Of a DNA stretch of 64,000 bases, positions 17,732 through 27,822 are shown piece by piece. Positions within the stretch are counted from its first letter, which is position 1. Each line of letters starts with the position of its first letter. Source of the stretch: Gammaproteobacteria bacterium (GTDB lineage Bacteria > Pseudomonadota > Gammaproteobacteria > Pseudomonadales > Cellvibrionaceae); assembly GCA_025362015.1 (NCBI GenBank), contig JANYIO010000033.1, positions 3,586-67,585 of the forward strand, in the 5' to 3' direction. The translations under genes and the position numbers were made by a program. The notes beneath the pieces were generated by a model that saw nothing but the letters and a program-made list of their open reading frames with translations, was not told where the DNA came from and made no database searches.

Positions 17732-20086
17732 ATGGCAATAAAAATATCCGGTTATCGTATTATCCGCAAAATTAATCATGGCGGAATGTCGACTGTCTAT
17801 CTCGCAATACAAATTAGCGTGGGGCGTGTTGTTGCCCTAAAAGTAATGAACCCTGGGCTAACCAACGACCCAACCTTTAACGAAAGATTTCAACGTGAAG
17901 CAACTATTGTTGGACAATTATCGCATCCCAATATTATTGCAATTTACGATATTGGCCGCGAAGATAATTTAAATTATATCGCGATGGATTATTTGCCAGG
18001 TGGTTCAGTACACGACAAAATGATCGAAGGTTTAACCGGCGGAGAAGCATTACGAGTAACCAAAGATATTGCTAACGCACTCGATCATGCCCATGAGAGA
18101 GGTTATATTCATCGTGATATCAAACCAGAAAATATCTTATTTCGCTTAGATAATTCTGCCGTTCTCACTGATTTTGGCGTTGCTAAAAATATGGTGGGCG
18201 TGTCGCGGATGACGCATGTCGGTAGCGTTGTCGGTACGCCGCAATATATGAGCCCGGAACAGGCGCGTGGTCAAACGGTGGATGCACGTTCAGACTTATA
18301 TAGTTTGGGTGTTCTTTTTTATGAAATGCTCACGGGCAGCTTACCGTACCCCGGCGAAGATTCAGTTACCATTGTACTTAAACATATCAGTGCAGCTATT
18401 CCAAAATTACCGCGCCAATATCATGCTTATCAAAAAATCCTCAATAAATTTTTAGCGAAAGATCCAGCACAACGCTTTCAGCGCGGACGCGAGATTACCG
18501 AAGCCATTGAGCAAATAGAAGCTGGTAGGCGAGCGCGTCTCAATAACGTTACTACCGTTGAAAAACTATCGTTAATGGCGCAGATCTCTGAATTTCTTAA
18601 CGCCACTATTGATGCAATATATTGGCATTGGCAAAATATAAAAAACCTGCGTTGGTCAAAAGAAAAAGGGCTTTATTCGCTAAATCCTCACCTGACATTA
18701 ACAACACGAACCGGCATTTCACCTACAATGGTGTCGCCACGAACTCAATATGAAGATCATTTTCAGGCAGCTGAAAGTCGCAATAAAAAATCAATGGGAA
18801 AATGGTTAAGCATAGGAATATCTTGTTTAATACTGTGGGGCACTTTTAGTTTTGTCGTGCAAAATAAATTCTCAGATAACATACATGCATTACCTACTTT
18901 TTTACAAAACTCTACTGCTGCCACCCTTAACCTTTTTACACCAAAACATAAAGCGTTAACGCCGACTATAGATACCTACTCCTCGGAAAAAAGCAGTACG
19001 CAAAGCGTGGCGAACATTAATATTGTTGCGCAACCAAGTTCCGTATCCATTGCTGCTCAATCGAGTGGACTAGTTAAAACCTCAAGCGCCGCTTCATCTT
19101 TATCAGAACCCGAAATCCCAACCTATGCATTAACAATTAATGTACAGCCCGAAAAAGCACAAATTAAATTATTAAATGTACCTGACAAATACAAAGATGG
19201 CATTGAGTTAAAAGCAGGTCGCTACCATGTAGAACTCAGTAAACCAGGATACGTAACAAAAACAGAATGGATTGAAATTAAAAATCAGGCAAAAGAATTT
19301 AATTATATTTTAACCGAAGCACCTGTTGAAAAATTTAGAGAAACAAAACCAACCTTGGCGATAACCGAACCAAAAGGAAAATTTACCCCGGAATTTATTC
19401 GCATCCCTGCGGGTAGTTTTCTCATGGGCGATGATATTAGCTCGCGCAGCGCGCCACAACATCAAGTAAACATCACCAAACCATTTGCCATCAGTAAATA
19501 CGAAGTGACGTTTAGTGAGTATGACATATTTGTACAAGCCACTAGTCGCCCCCAACCGGGCGATAATAGTTGGGGTAGAGATATGCAACCTATCATTAAT
19601 GTTAGCTGGGATGATGCGCAAGCCTATACGCAATGGCTGAGCAAAACTACAGGCAAAAAATATCGCCTGCCAACCGAAGCAGAGTGGGAATATGTTGCAA
19701 GAGCGGGTACCAAAACACGTTTTTGGTGGGGCGATAACGAACAAGACGCTAAAGGTCACGCCAATTGCAGACGAGGCTGTTACAGCAGTTATTCAGGATT
19801 ATTTGGCAGCAAAACTGCACCGGTAGGCACCTACCTCGCCAACGCTTTTGGCGTGTACGATACCGCTGGCAATGTGGCCGAATGGGTGCAAGATTGTTAT
19901 CAAGATTATTACGATAAAACTGCAACTACTGCAGCAGCTCATGAAGAAAAAGATTGCCAAAAAAGGGTTGTTCGTGGTGGTTCCACGAAAGATAACGCAC
20001 CTTCATTGGCATCCGCTGCACGCGATAATTATCCACCCACAACCTATGACACAACCGTGGGATTTCGCGTAGTGATGGAGTACTAA
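17732..20086 (+). CDS. Hanks-type Ser/Thr kinase - TM - PEGA-like - FGE/SUMF1 domain protein
   Basis: GGMSTVY, VALK, HRDIKPEN, DFG and GTPQYMSPEQ; one TM; FGE motifs YEVTFSEY, VSWDDAQAY, RLPTEAEWEY, GNVAEW and GFRVV. Confidence 0.92.
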   Translation: MAIKISGYRIIRKINHGGMSTVYLAIQISVGRVVALKVMNPGLTNDPTFNERFQREATIVGQLSHPNIIAIYDIGREDNLNYIAMDYLPGGSVHDKMIEGLTGGEALRVTKDIANALDHAHERGYIHRDIKPENILFRLDNSAVLTDFGVAKNMVGVSRMTHVGSVVGTPQYMSPEQARGQTVDARSDLYSLGVLFYEMLTGSLPYPGEDSVTIVLKHISAAIPKLPRQYHAYQKILNKFLAKDPAQRFQRGREITEAIEQIEAGRRARLNNVTTVEKLSLMAQISEFLNATIDAIYWHWQNIKNLRWSKEKGLYSLNPHLTLTTRTGISPTMVSPRTQYEDHFQAAESRNKKSMGKWLSIGISCLILWGTFSFVVQNKFSDNIHALPTFLQNSTAATLNLFTPKHKALTPTIDTYSSEKSSTQSVANINIVAQPSSVSIAAQSSGLVKTSSAASSLSEPEIPTYALTINVQPEKAQIKLLNVPDKYKDGIELKAGRYHVELSKPGYVTKTEWIEIKNQAKEFNYILTEAPVEKFRETKPTLAITEPKGKFTPEFIRIPAGSFLMGDDISSRSAPQHQVNITKPFAISKYEVTFSEYDIFVQATSRPQPGDNSWGRDMQPIINVSWDDAQAYTQWLSKTTGKKYRLPTEAEWEYVARAGTKTRFWWGDNEQDAKGHANCRRGCYSSYSGLFGSKTAPVGTYLANAFGVYDTAGNVAEWVQDCYQDYYDKTATTAAAHEEKDCQKRVVRGGSTKDNAPSLASAARDNYPPTTYDTTVGFRVVMEY

Positions 20087-20157
20087 AAAGGAAATGACAA
20101 TTTAATATTTTTCGAGGTGGCGGCCATCCCCACCGAGTGAAGATGGCGCAGTAAAAA

Positions 20158-21540
20158 TTAATTCTTCTGCATCACCGCCACAAACATTGTATCCGAATCT
20201 TGCAATGGCGCACCTAACAAAGTCTGTGATTGCAAAGTAAAATCTGCATGATTTTCTAAAAACCATTTTACTTGCGCTTCGTTTTCACTCACTTGCCAAC
20301 TACAGGTTGCATAAACCAAATGACCTTTCGCGCGAACTGCTGGTACTGCGTTGGTTAAAATTTGTTGCTGTAGTGCAACTAATTCAGCGGTATCTTTTTC
20401 ATTAAAACGCCAGCGTGCGTCTTGATTGCGGCGCCATGTTCCCGCAGAACTACAGGGCGCATCTACCAATACCCAATCAAAACCTTGTTGTTGTGCAATC
20501 TCTTTTGGTAAACGCAAAGGTTCGTTGCCTGCCCACTCAAAAGTGCGCACATTCGAAATTTCAGCACGTTTAGTGCGACGCTTTAATTCTTCTAATTTGT
20601 AGCCGTGCAAATCAGTTGCTACCACCACACCTTTATTATTCATGCTCGATGCAATCGCGACGGTTTTACCACCTGCCCCTGCACAACAATCCCACACTTT
20701 TTCGCCAGTCTTTACATTGACAGCTTCAGCAATTTGTTGACTCGCCAAATCTTGTACTTCAATGCAGCCTTCTTGAAATATTTTGGTGGCGCTAATACCC
20801 TTGCCGCCCTGTGCTGAAATTTTTCCATCTTCAGTAATGCTTACATTCACGCCTTGATGCACCAAATCATTGTAAGCGTCGCGTATAGGTTTATCGCGTT
20901 GCACGCGTAGCCAAATAGGGGATGATTGATTTTGTTGCACAATAAAATGTTGCAATTGCTCTGGCGACCAACCACTTACAGCTGCACGCTCTTGCAATAA
21001 GGGGTACCACATTGGGCGTAAGCCATTCCACAATAAAAACTCTGGTGCCTTATCAGGTTGATTCATTTGTGCTGCAAATTGTTTAAAAAATTGCGCACGC
21101 GGTTCTGCATCACGCAATTTACGTGGCAACACTTGATTGGCACCTTTTAAACGCAACTCAACCCAAAACCAGAAATTAGCCACGGGAATTTTTTTAACTT
21201 CTTCGAATTTCCACTGTGCATCCCAGGCTTGCACATCTAATAATGTTTCACCTTCAACAGCTGTTTCCGTTATTTGATAGGCATGCTCAAGCGCGCAAGC
21301 AAATTGTAAATAACGCACGCCCGCAAACAGCGCAGCAGAAAGCCCCATCTGTTGTTTAAAAGATTGGTCGACTTTACGCACATGTTTGGCGTATTGAATT
21401 TTGTTGCGGCCTTTTAACCAGCGATCCAATGCCGGCAGTTGTTTTTCCGACAGCAGTTCACGCCATGCGGAAAATAATTGCTGGCTAAATTCGTCGTTAG
21501 TAAAAAATCCGGGGGTAGTTGTGAGGGTAGTGTCGTTCAT
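20158..21540 (-). CDS. RsmB/NOP2-family RNA m5C methyltransferase
   Basis: EVQDLASQ, DCCAGAGGKT, DAPCSSAG and YATCS. Confidence 0.9.
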   Translation of the reverse strand: MNDTTLTTTPGFFTNDEFSQQLFSAWRELLSEKQLPALDRWLKGRNKIQYAKHVRKVDQSFKQQMGLSAALFAGVRYLQFACALEHAYQITETAVEGETLLDVQAWDAQWKFEEVKKIPVANFWFWVELRLKGANQVLPRKLRDAEPRAQFFKQFAAQMNQPDKAPEFLLWNGLRPMWYPLLQERAAVSGWSPEQLQHFIVQQNQSSPIWLRVQRDKPIRDAYNDLVHQGVNVSITEDGKISAQGGKGISATKIFQEGCIEVQDLASQQIAEAVNVKTGEKVWDCCAGAGGKTVAIASSMNNKGVVVATDLHGYKLEELKRRTKRAEISNVRTFEWAGNEPLRLPKEIAQQQGFDWVLVDAPCSSAGTWRRNQDARWRFNEKDTAELVALQQQILTNAVPAVRAKGHLVYATCSWQVSENEAQVKWFLENHADFTLQSQTLLGAPLQDSDTMFVAVMQKN

Positions 21541-21565
21541 TGAATAGCTCTTACATGAATATAAA

Positions 21566-22249
21566 TTAGTGCAGCAGTCGGTGCTGGAGCCATATAATAA
21601 CAGGATAAGCCGCTGGCCAAATCCAGAAAAAACGATTTAGACCAAATAAACAGGCATTTGCCAAATGAAAGAGTGCTGCAAGCGATAATGCGATGATTAA
21701 AGTGGTGTAACACAACAAGGACAGCGGAAAAACCAGCTCAAATAAAATAACCGACCAGGACATACACCAGAGCAAACGCGGTGATTTCGCCCACTCTCGC
21801 AGATGCTCACTCACCGGGTAAGCCGTAAGTGCAAACACATCACGCAATGCCCGCCCACTGCGCCAATCGGGATTAATCACTTTAATATAACCGGACTGAA
21901 AATAGGAGAAGGTGAGCTGGAAAGCCAAATAGCCCAAGGCCATTTCTTGCCAAAATTTACTAGGTGCTATGTGCGACAAAAACAAACACAAGAGCACCAA
22001 TATACTCATGCAATCACTACCGCCATTATAAGGGCCTTGAAAGCGGTGCAATAACATAAGCGCAATGATTAATAATCCCGCCTCCACATAAACTGTCTGA
22101 AAACCAATGAATAAAACCACGGATAAAACCGCGCGAACAATTCCCAAGGCTTTTTCAGGCTGCAAGCCGCGTACAAATTCCAGGCTCTGCTGCAAATAAG
22201 CAAACGTCATTATTATTTCCGCAAAGCGAACCGCTTGCTCGATGCTCAT
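21566..22249 (-). CDS. HTTM-domain membrane protein
   Basis: Multiple TM segments; GPYNGGSD, YFQSGYIK..NPDWRSG, FELVFP, FHLANA..FGLNRFFWIW. Confidence 0.75.
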   Translation of the reverse strand: MSIEQAVRFAEIIMTFAYLQQSLEFVRGLQPEKALGIVRAVLSVVLFIGFQTVYVEAGLLIIALMLLHRFQGPYNGGSDCMSILVLLCLFLSHIAPSKFWQEMALGYLAFQLTFSYFQSGYIKVINPDWRSGRALRDVFALTAYPVSEHLREWAKSPRLLWCMSWSVILFELVFPLSLLCYTTLIIALSLAALFHLANACLFGLNRFFWIWPAAYPVIIWLQHRLLH

Positions 22250-22680
22250 AAAGCATTACCTAAAAGAGCCTCAGGTTTGGAAACAAATACCACGGGTTGC
22301 GTTATTTCATTTCTATCGCGAATAATCGTACAAATACGAAATAGCAAAAAAGTCGCCTTGTATTCTGATGTAATTTCCCCACGACTAACCGCCGCTAAAA
22401 TCCTGCGCATAATTTCTTGCTCGCGCATGGGTGAAGGCTCATCAAACAAATGTTCAGCGCAAGTATTTATATACAGAGTTTCATTCCATTGCGGATTCCA
22501 CAACAAACGACGCAAGCCTTCAACAAAAGATACACGCTCAGGACGGGGGCGAAAGTCTTGCCATAGTTGCGGATCATCGGATTCGTTTTGTAAAAATGCG
22601 AATTGAATACGCGGTGATGCACCGATGCTGCTGAAGAATCGCCACGAGGGGAAAACTACGGGAAGGATTAATTTTAACAT
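22246..22680 (-). CDS. Conserved hypothetical partner of the HTTM protein
   Basis: PSWRFFS..G.SPRI and LWNPQWNE; stop overlaps the HTTM start (ATGA). Alternative start 22716. Confidence 0.7.
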   Translation of the reverse strand: MLKLILPVVFPSWRFFSSIGASPRIQFAFLQNESDDPQLWQDFRPRPERVSFVEGLRRLLWNPQWNETLYINTCAEHLFDEPSPMREQEIMRRILAAVSRGEITSEYKATFLLFRICTIIRDRNEITQPVVFVSKPEALLGNAL

Positions 22681-22766
22681 TTTATTTTTTCGTAAATAAA
22701 ATTCGAAACGAAACATTTTAAGATGTTAACGTTTAAAAACTTAAATGGCACCTACTATATCTTCAT

Positions 22767-24776
22767 CTACAACGCCTTCACCTTCAACTTCTCAATCTGA
22801 TCTCTCAATCTAGCCGCCACTTCAAACTCCAAATCTTTCGCGGCGTTAAACATTTGTTTCTCCAGCAACTCAATCGATTTCCACAAATTTTTCGGATCAA
22901 CTTCAACCGTGTATTTACCCAATTTTTCTGCAACGGCAGCACGATTACGTGAAGCGCGGCCACCGGAACCTGGTGTTTGGTTGCCTTCCATAATATCGGT
23001 GATGCTTTTACGAATTCCTTTGGGTGTGATGCCGTGTTTTAAATTGTGAGCGACTTGTTTTTCGCGGCGGCGATCAGTTTCTTCGATGGCGCGCTGCATG
23101 GAGCCAGTAATTCTGTCCGCATATAAAATGGCTTTGCCATTAATATTTCGGGCGGCGCGGCCAATGGTTTGAATCAGTGAACGGTCTGAACGCAAGAAAC
23201 CTTCTTTGTCTGCATCCATAATACACACGAGGGAAACTTCAGGCATATCCAAACCTTCGCGCAATAAATTGATGCCGACCAATACATCAAATTCACCTAA
23301 ACGAAAATCGCGAATAATTTCTACACGCTCAACCGTATCAATATCCGAATGCAAATAGCGCACGCGAACGCCATGCTCGGCTAAATAATCTGTTAAATCT
23401 TCCGCCATGCGTTTGGTGAGCACCGTGATTAACACACGTTCATCTTTAGCTACACGCAAGGCAATTTCTGAAAGCGCATCATCTACTTGTTTGCCGGCGG
23501 GGCGAATTTCTATTTCGGGGTCAATCAAGCCTGTTGGTCGCACAATTTGTTCGACCACCTGCCCTGCGTGTTCTTTTTCATAATTGCCTGGCGTTGCCGA
23601 TACAAAAATCATTTGCGGTGCAAGACTTTCCCATTCATCAAAACGCATGGGGCGATTATCTAATGCAGAGGGCAAACGAAAACCATATTGCACGAGAGTT
23701 TCTTTGCGCGAGCGGTCGCCTTTATACATGGCGCCAATTTGTGAAACCGTAACGTGGGATTCGTCGATAACCAACAGCGCTTCAGCAGGTAAATAATCAA
23801 ACAAAGTGGGTGGTGGTTCGCCAGCGTTGCGCCCGGATAAATAACGCGAATAGTTTTCGATACCATTGCAATAGCCTAGCTCTTGCATCATTTCCAAATC
23901 GTAACGCGTGCGTTCTTCCAAGCGTTGTGTTTCAACTAATTTATTATTTTCACGTAAAAAAACCAAACGTTCTTTTAATTCGTCTTTGATGTGATCAATC
24001 GCATCCACAATTTTTTCGCGCGGCGTTACGTAATGAGATTTTGGATAAACCGTAAAACGCGGAACCTTACGCAATACTTCGCCAGTGAGCGGATCAAAAA
24101 TTGAAAGCTTTTCAATTTCATCGTCAAATAATTCCACACGAAGTGCTTCACAATCTGAATCAGCGGGATAAATGTCAATCACATCACCGCGGACGCGATA
24201 ATTAGCGCGATAAAAATCTACGTCGTTGCGGGTGTATTGCAATTCGGCAAGACGGCGTAAAATTGCGCGTTGATCTATTTTGTCGCCACGTACCAAATGT
24301 AGCAGCATTTTCATGTAAGACTCAGGGTCACCCAAACCATAAATTGCTGATACAGTTGCCACTACAATGGCATCCTTACGTTCCAACAAGGCCTTAGTCG
24401 CCGACAAACGCATCTGCTCGATGTGCTCGTTTATCGACGCATCTTTTTCAATAAAAGTATTGGAAGAAGGCACATAGGCTTCGGGTTGGTAATAGTCGTA
24501 ATAGGAAACAAAATACTCCACCGCATTGTTAGGAAAAAATTCTTTAAATTCGCCATACAACTGCGCCGCCAAGGTTTTGTTATGCACCATAACTAACGTG
24601 GGCCGCTGGACATGGGCAATCACGTTGGCAATGGTGAAAGTTTTACCGGAACCGGTCACACCCAATAAAGTTTGATGCGCCAAGCCAGCTTCAATGCCTT
24701 CAATTAAACCGGCAATAGCCGCCGGTTGGTCGCCAGCGGGCGCAAAATCACTTTTAATTACAAATTTAGTCGACAT
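22767..24776 (-). CDS. uvrB: Excinuclease ABC subunit B
   Basis: [50 protein letters not shown] and C-terminal UVR domain. Confidence 0.98.
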   Translation of the reverse strand: MSTKFVIKSDFAPAGDQPAAIAGLIEGIEAGLAHQTLLGVTGSGKTFTIANVIAHVQRPTLVMVHNKTLAAQLYGEFKEFFPNNAVEYFVSYYDYYQPEAYVPSSNTFIEKDASINEHIEQMRLSATKALLERKDAIVVATVSAIYGLGDPESYMKMLLHLVRGDKIDQRAILRRLAELQYTRNDVDFYRANYRVRGDVIDIYPADSDCEALRVELFDDEIEKLSIFDPLTGEVLRKVPRFTVYPKSHYVTPREKIVDAIDHIKDELKERLVFLRENNKLVETQRLEERTRYDLEMMQELGYCNGIENYSRYLSGRNAGEPPPTLFDYLPAEALLVIDESHVTVSQIGAMYKGDRSRKETLVQYGFRLPSALDNRPMRFDEWESLAPQMIFVSATPGNYEKEHAGQVVEQIVRPTGLIDPEIEIRPAGKQVDDALSEIALRVAKDERVLITVLTKRMAEDLTDYLAEHGVRVRYLHSDIDTVERVEIIRDFRLGEFDVLVGINLLREGLDMPEVSLVCIMDADKEGFLRSDRSLIQTIGRAARNINGKAILYADRITGSMQRAIEETDRRREKQVAHNLKHGITPKGIRKSITDIMEGNQTPGSGGRASRNRAAVAEKLGKYTVEVDPKNLWKSIELLEKQMFNAAKDLEFEVAARLRDQIEKLKVKAL

Positions 24777-24979
24777 AAATAGAGATAGGGCTCATTAACA
24801 GTTGGCTGGAATTGTATAGGAATCAGGGTTTGCGAACATGAATAAAAAGTACAAAGCTCACCCGGTACCTTAACCCCGTTAGTTGACATAGATTGACAGT
24901 AGAGAAGATAGCAATGCATATTAATTTTTACGTCCAGTTATTTATTGCAGCGGCGAAAAATTAAACACCTCGCTTGCAA

Positions 24980-25600
24980 TTAAATTTGCTGTGATTTACG
25001 CCATTGCTGAAGTATTGCCATCCCCTCATTCCACTCACCAAAACCGGCACTGGTATTAATGTGGCCTTGGGCGCCGATAAACTCTAATTCACTGCCCCAG
25101 TTTTTCGCAAAGAACTCGGTGCGTCTAACGTTGCAATAGGGATCATTAGTACTAGCAATCATTTTGCTTGGAAAGGGTAAGGGTGTTAAAGGATATTTAG
25201 CGTAGCCACGAATAGAAGGAGGAACATTTGAGTTTAATGGATCGGGTACTGCAACCATAAATGCACCAGAAATTTTGGCTATATTCTGTGCATGATTTTC
25301 AGATTTATCATGCTCTACCCACTCCACCACGGTTAAACAACCCAGGCTGTGGCTTATAAAAATAATAGGTTCATTAATTTTTTGCACACAGGATTGTAAG
25401 CAGGCGACCCACGCGGTGCATTCAGGTTCATTCCAATGTTCCTGCTCTAGCCAATAGCTATTAAGGAGTTTTTTGAACCACTGGTTTTGCCAGTGCTCGC
25501 CAAGTGAATTACCAAAGCCAGGAAGAAAAACATATGCCGTCATTAAACATCTCATCTTAAAAAATAACGTGCCATAAATACTGTAGCTTGGTTTGCTCAT
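24980..25600 (-). CDS. RBBP9/YdeN-family alpha/beta hydrolase
   Basis: PGFGNS..HWQ, HSLG, STNDPY and GHIN. Confidence 0.88.
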   Translation of the reverse strand: MSKPSYSIYGTLFFKMRCLMTAYVFLPGFGNSLGEHWQNQWFKKLLNSYWLEQEHWNEPECTAWVACLQSCVQKINEPIIFISHSLGCLTVVEWVEHDKSENHAQNIAKISGAFMVAVPDPLNSNVPPSIRGYAKYPLTPLPFPSKMIASTNDPYCNVRRTEFFAKNWGSELEFIGAQGHINTSAGFGEWNEGMAILQQWRKSQQI

Positions 25601-25707
25601 GTTATCTGTTATAACTGATGCAAGTTAGTGCGACACCGAACCCAGATCTTCATCTAATGTGTAAATCTTTAACTGGCACAAAAAGCAATTATTGTTACGC
25701 TAACAAC

Positions 25708-26625
25708 TTAACAAATTTTTGGCAAATGCTCTTTCAAAATTTCTGCTAATTTTCGCGTTGCGGGCCCCGAAAAATCTTTATCTGCAAAAGTTAAATAGGT
25801 TGGCACTTCGCGCGCTGCACCCACTTCCACCGGGAGATATTTTAACTCCCCTGCCGCTATAGCTTCGTGTGTATAGGCATCCGGCAACCACGCGTAACCG
25901 AGCCCCATACAAATCGCTTCGAGCGAGGTATTGATATGGCTGACAGTCCAACGTTGCTCAGCTTCTTGCCAACCTTCTGTGTGGCGACGATATTGACCAG
26001 AATCGCGCACAATAATTTGGCGATGTTCACGCATATCTTCAAACGTAACCGGCCTACCTAAAAGTTGTAGCGGATGATTAGGGCTAGACACACCGTGCAT
26101 AGTAACCGTCATCAGTTTTTCACCCATAAAACCGGTAGGAACGCGCCCGCCAATCGCTAAATCTACTTGTCGTTGCAAGAGCGCATCCTCAGTGCCGCTT
26201 AAGACAGATTCAAAAACTTCTACACGAGTATCAGGAAAATCCTGTGCAAATATCGCCAAGCATTGCAGTACTTTTGCCGGTGGAATAATTAAATCCGCTG
26301 CAATTTTTACCAGCGGCTCAACATGCACTGCCATACATCCTGCTGATTTTTCCAAACGGTCGGCTTGATCCAGGAGCAATTTTGCGCGGCGATACAGCAA
26401 TTCTCCCACCGGCGTTGCCACAGCTTTGCGGCCCTGGAGATTAAATACTTTCACATCTAATGCCTGCTCCAGCTGGGAAATTGCATAGGAAACTGCCGAC
26501 TGGCTTTTATCCAGCTGCTCGGCAGCCCTGGCATAGCCGCCAGAATCAATCACCGCCAACAGCGAACGCCATTGCTCCAGGGTGACTTTGTTAGGTGTAA
26601 CAGTTGTGCTATTTGGGGTATCCAT
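25708..26625 (-). CDS. LysR-family transcriptional regulator
   Basis: N-terminal HTH (GGYARAAEQLDKSQSAVSYAI) and substrate-binding domain; divergent from azoR. Confidence 0.93.
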   Translation of the reverse strand: MDTPNSTTVTPNKVTLEQWRSLLAVIDSGGYARAAEQLDKSQSAVSYAISQLEQALDVKVFNLQGRKAVATPVGELLYRRAKLLLDQADRLEKSAGCMAVHVEPLVKIAADLIIPPAKVLQCLAIFAQDFPDTRVEVFESVLSGTEDALLQRQVDLAIGGRVPTGFMGEKLMTVTMHGVSSPNHPLQLLGRPVTFEDMREHRQIIVRDSGQYRRHTEGWQEAEQRWTVSHINTSLEAICMGLGYAWLPDAYTHEAIAAGELKYLPVEVGAAREVPTYLTFADKDFSGPATRKLAEILKEHLPKIC

Positions 26626-26634
26626 GGGTAATCA

Positions 26635-26649
26635 ATCCAATTATTCGAT
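26635..26649. promoter_or_regulatory. Candidate LysR recognition site
   Basis: ATC-N9-GAT dyad (ATCCAATTATTCGAT) with a T-N11-A core, just upstream of the LysR start. Confidence 0.45.
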
Positions 26650-26767
26650 TAAATTCCGCTAAATATCGCTATTTATCATTCGCTCGTCAAATCATTTAAT
26701 AGGCATATGGCGATTGAGTCTACGAAACCGCTGAAAACCCACTATTGAAAATACCGAGGAATACAAG

Positions 26768-27370
26768 ATGAGCACTCTTCTACAAATTAAAAGCAGCTTG
26801 TTTGGCGACAATGGCAACTCAAGCACTTTGAGCAACGAGTTCGTGCAAAACTGGTTGGCAACCCATCCCGGTGGCAAAGTCGTTGTTCGCGATCTCGCTG
26901 AAGAAGCTGTACCACACTTGAATGCTGCGCGTGTATCGGCCTTTTTTACGCCCGCTGAAAACCGCAGCGCAGAACAACAAAGCTTTGTAGATTATTCAGA
27001 CTTCTTAATTAATGAATTGAAGAATGCTGATGCTGTTGTCATTGGCGTGCCTTTATATAATTTTGGCATTCCATCTACATTGAAAGCTTACTTTGATCAA
27101 CTAGCCCGCGCCGGAGTGACGTTTAAATACACTGATACTGGCCCCGTTGGTTTATTTGCAGATAAGCCAGTACATATTCTTGCCGCGCGCGGTGGCTTCC
27201 ATGTCGGTAAAGCATCAGATTCACAAACAAGTTATTTAAATACATTTTTGAATTTTCTGGGTTTTCAGTCGATTCATTATATCTATGCAGAAGGTTTAAA
27301 TTTACCCACAGCAAAAGATCAGTCGCTGATTCACGCTCGCGAAGAAATTGAACAAGCATCAGCGGCATAA
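26768..27370 (+). CDS. azoR: FMN-dependent NADH-azoreductase
   Basis: PLYNFGIPSTLKAYFD, RAGVTFKYT..GP.GL, ARGG and GF..I.YIYAEG. Confidence 0.93.
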   Translation: MSTLLQIKSSLFGDNGNSSTLSNEFVQNWLATHPGGKVVVRDLAEEAVPHLNAARVSAFFTPAENRSAEQQSFVDYSDFLINELKNADAVVIGVPLYNFGIPSTLKAYFDQLARAGVTFKYTDTGPVGLFADKPVHILAARGGFHVGKASDSQTSYLNTFLNFLGFQSIHYIYAEGLNLPTAKDQSLIHAREEIEQASAA

Positions 27371-27412
27371 GTGATTTATGATGATTGTTACTACATACCG
27401 AGGTAATCAATC

Positions 27413-27763
27413 ATGCAACTTTTCTGTGAAAAAACTTGTAGCGCCTGTAATGTCGATGCCCCTAAAGCAACAGCGGAACAATTAAGTGAAGGGCTTGCAC
27501 AATTACCAGAATGGAAACTGGTGCAAGTCAATGCTGTTGATCAACTTACTCGTGCTTACAAATTTAAAAACTTTGTCGCGGCGATGCAATTTACTCAGAC
27601 AGTGGGTTTACTCGCAGAAGAACACGGTCATCACCCTGCACTATTAACTGAGTGGGGGAAAGTAACTGTAAATTGGTGGACGCACAAAATCAAAGGCATC
27701 CATGAAAATGATTTAATTATGGCGGCAAAAACTGAACAACTTTTTGAAAATGTGAAAAATTAA
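27413..27763 (+). CDS. phhB: Pterin-4-alpha-carbinolamine dehydratase
   Basis: C.AC..DAP, FKNF..AM.F, E-x3-HHP catalytic motif and WWTHKIKGIHEND. Confidence 0.92.
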   Translation: MQLFCEKTCSACNVDAPKATAEQLSEGLAQLPEWKLVQVNAVDQLTRAYKFKNFVAAMQFTQTVGLLAEEHGHHPALLTEWGKVTVNWWTHKIKGIHENDLIMAAKTEQLFENVKN

Positions 27764-27810
27764 ATCTCAACTATTCATTAAATCTCAACTATTCATTAAT
27801 CTCAATTATT
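27761..27810. repeat. 18-bp tandem duplication starting at the phhB stop codon (2 perfect copies + 1 partial)
   Basis: TAAATCTCAACTATTCAT x2, then TAATCTCAATTATT. Confidence 0.85.
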
Positions 27811-27822
27811 GAGGTACAAAAA

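Noticed and set aside
24777-24979. LexA box or tRNA upstream of uvrB
   Set aside because: No CTG-N10-CAG with correct spacing and no cloverleaf or CCA pattern found.
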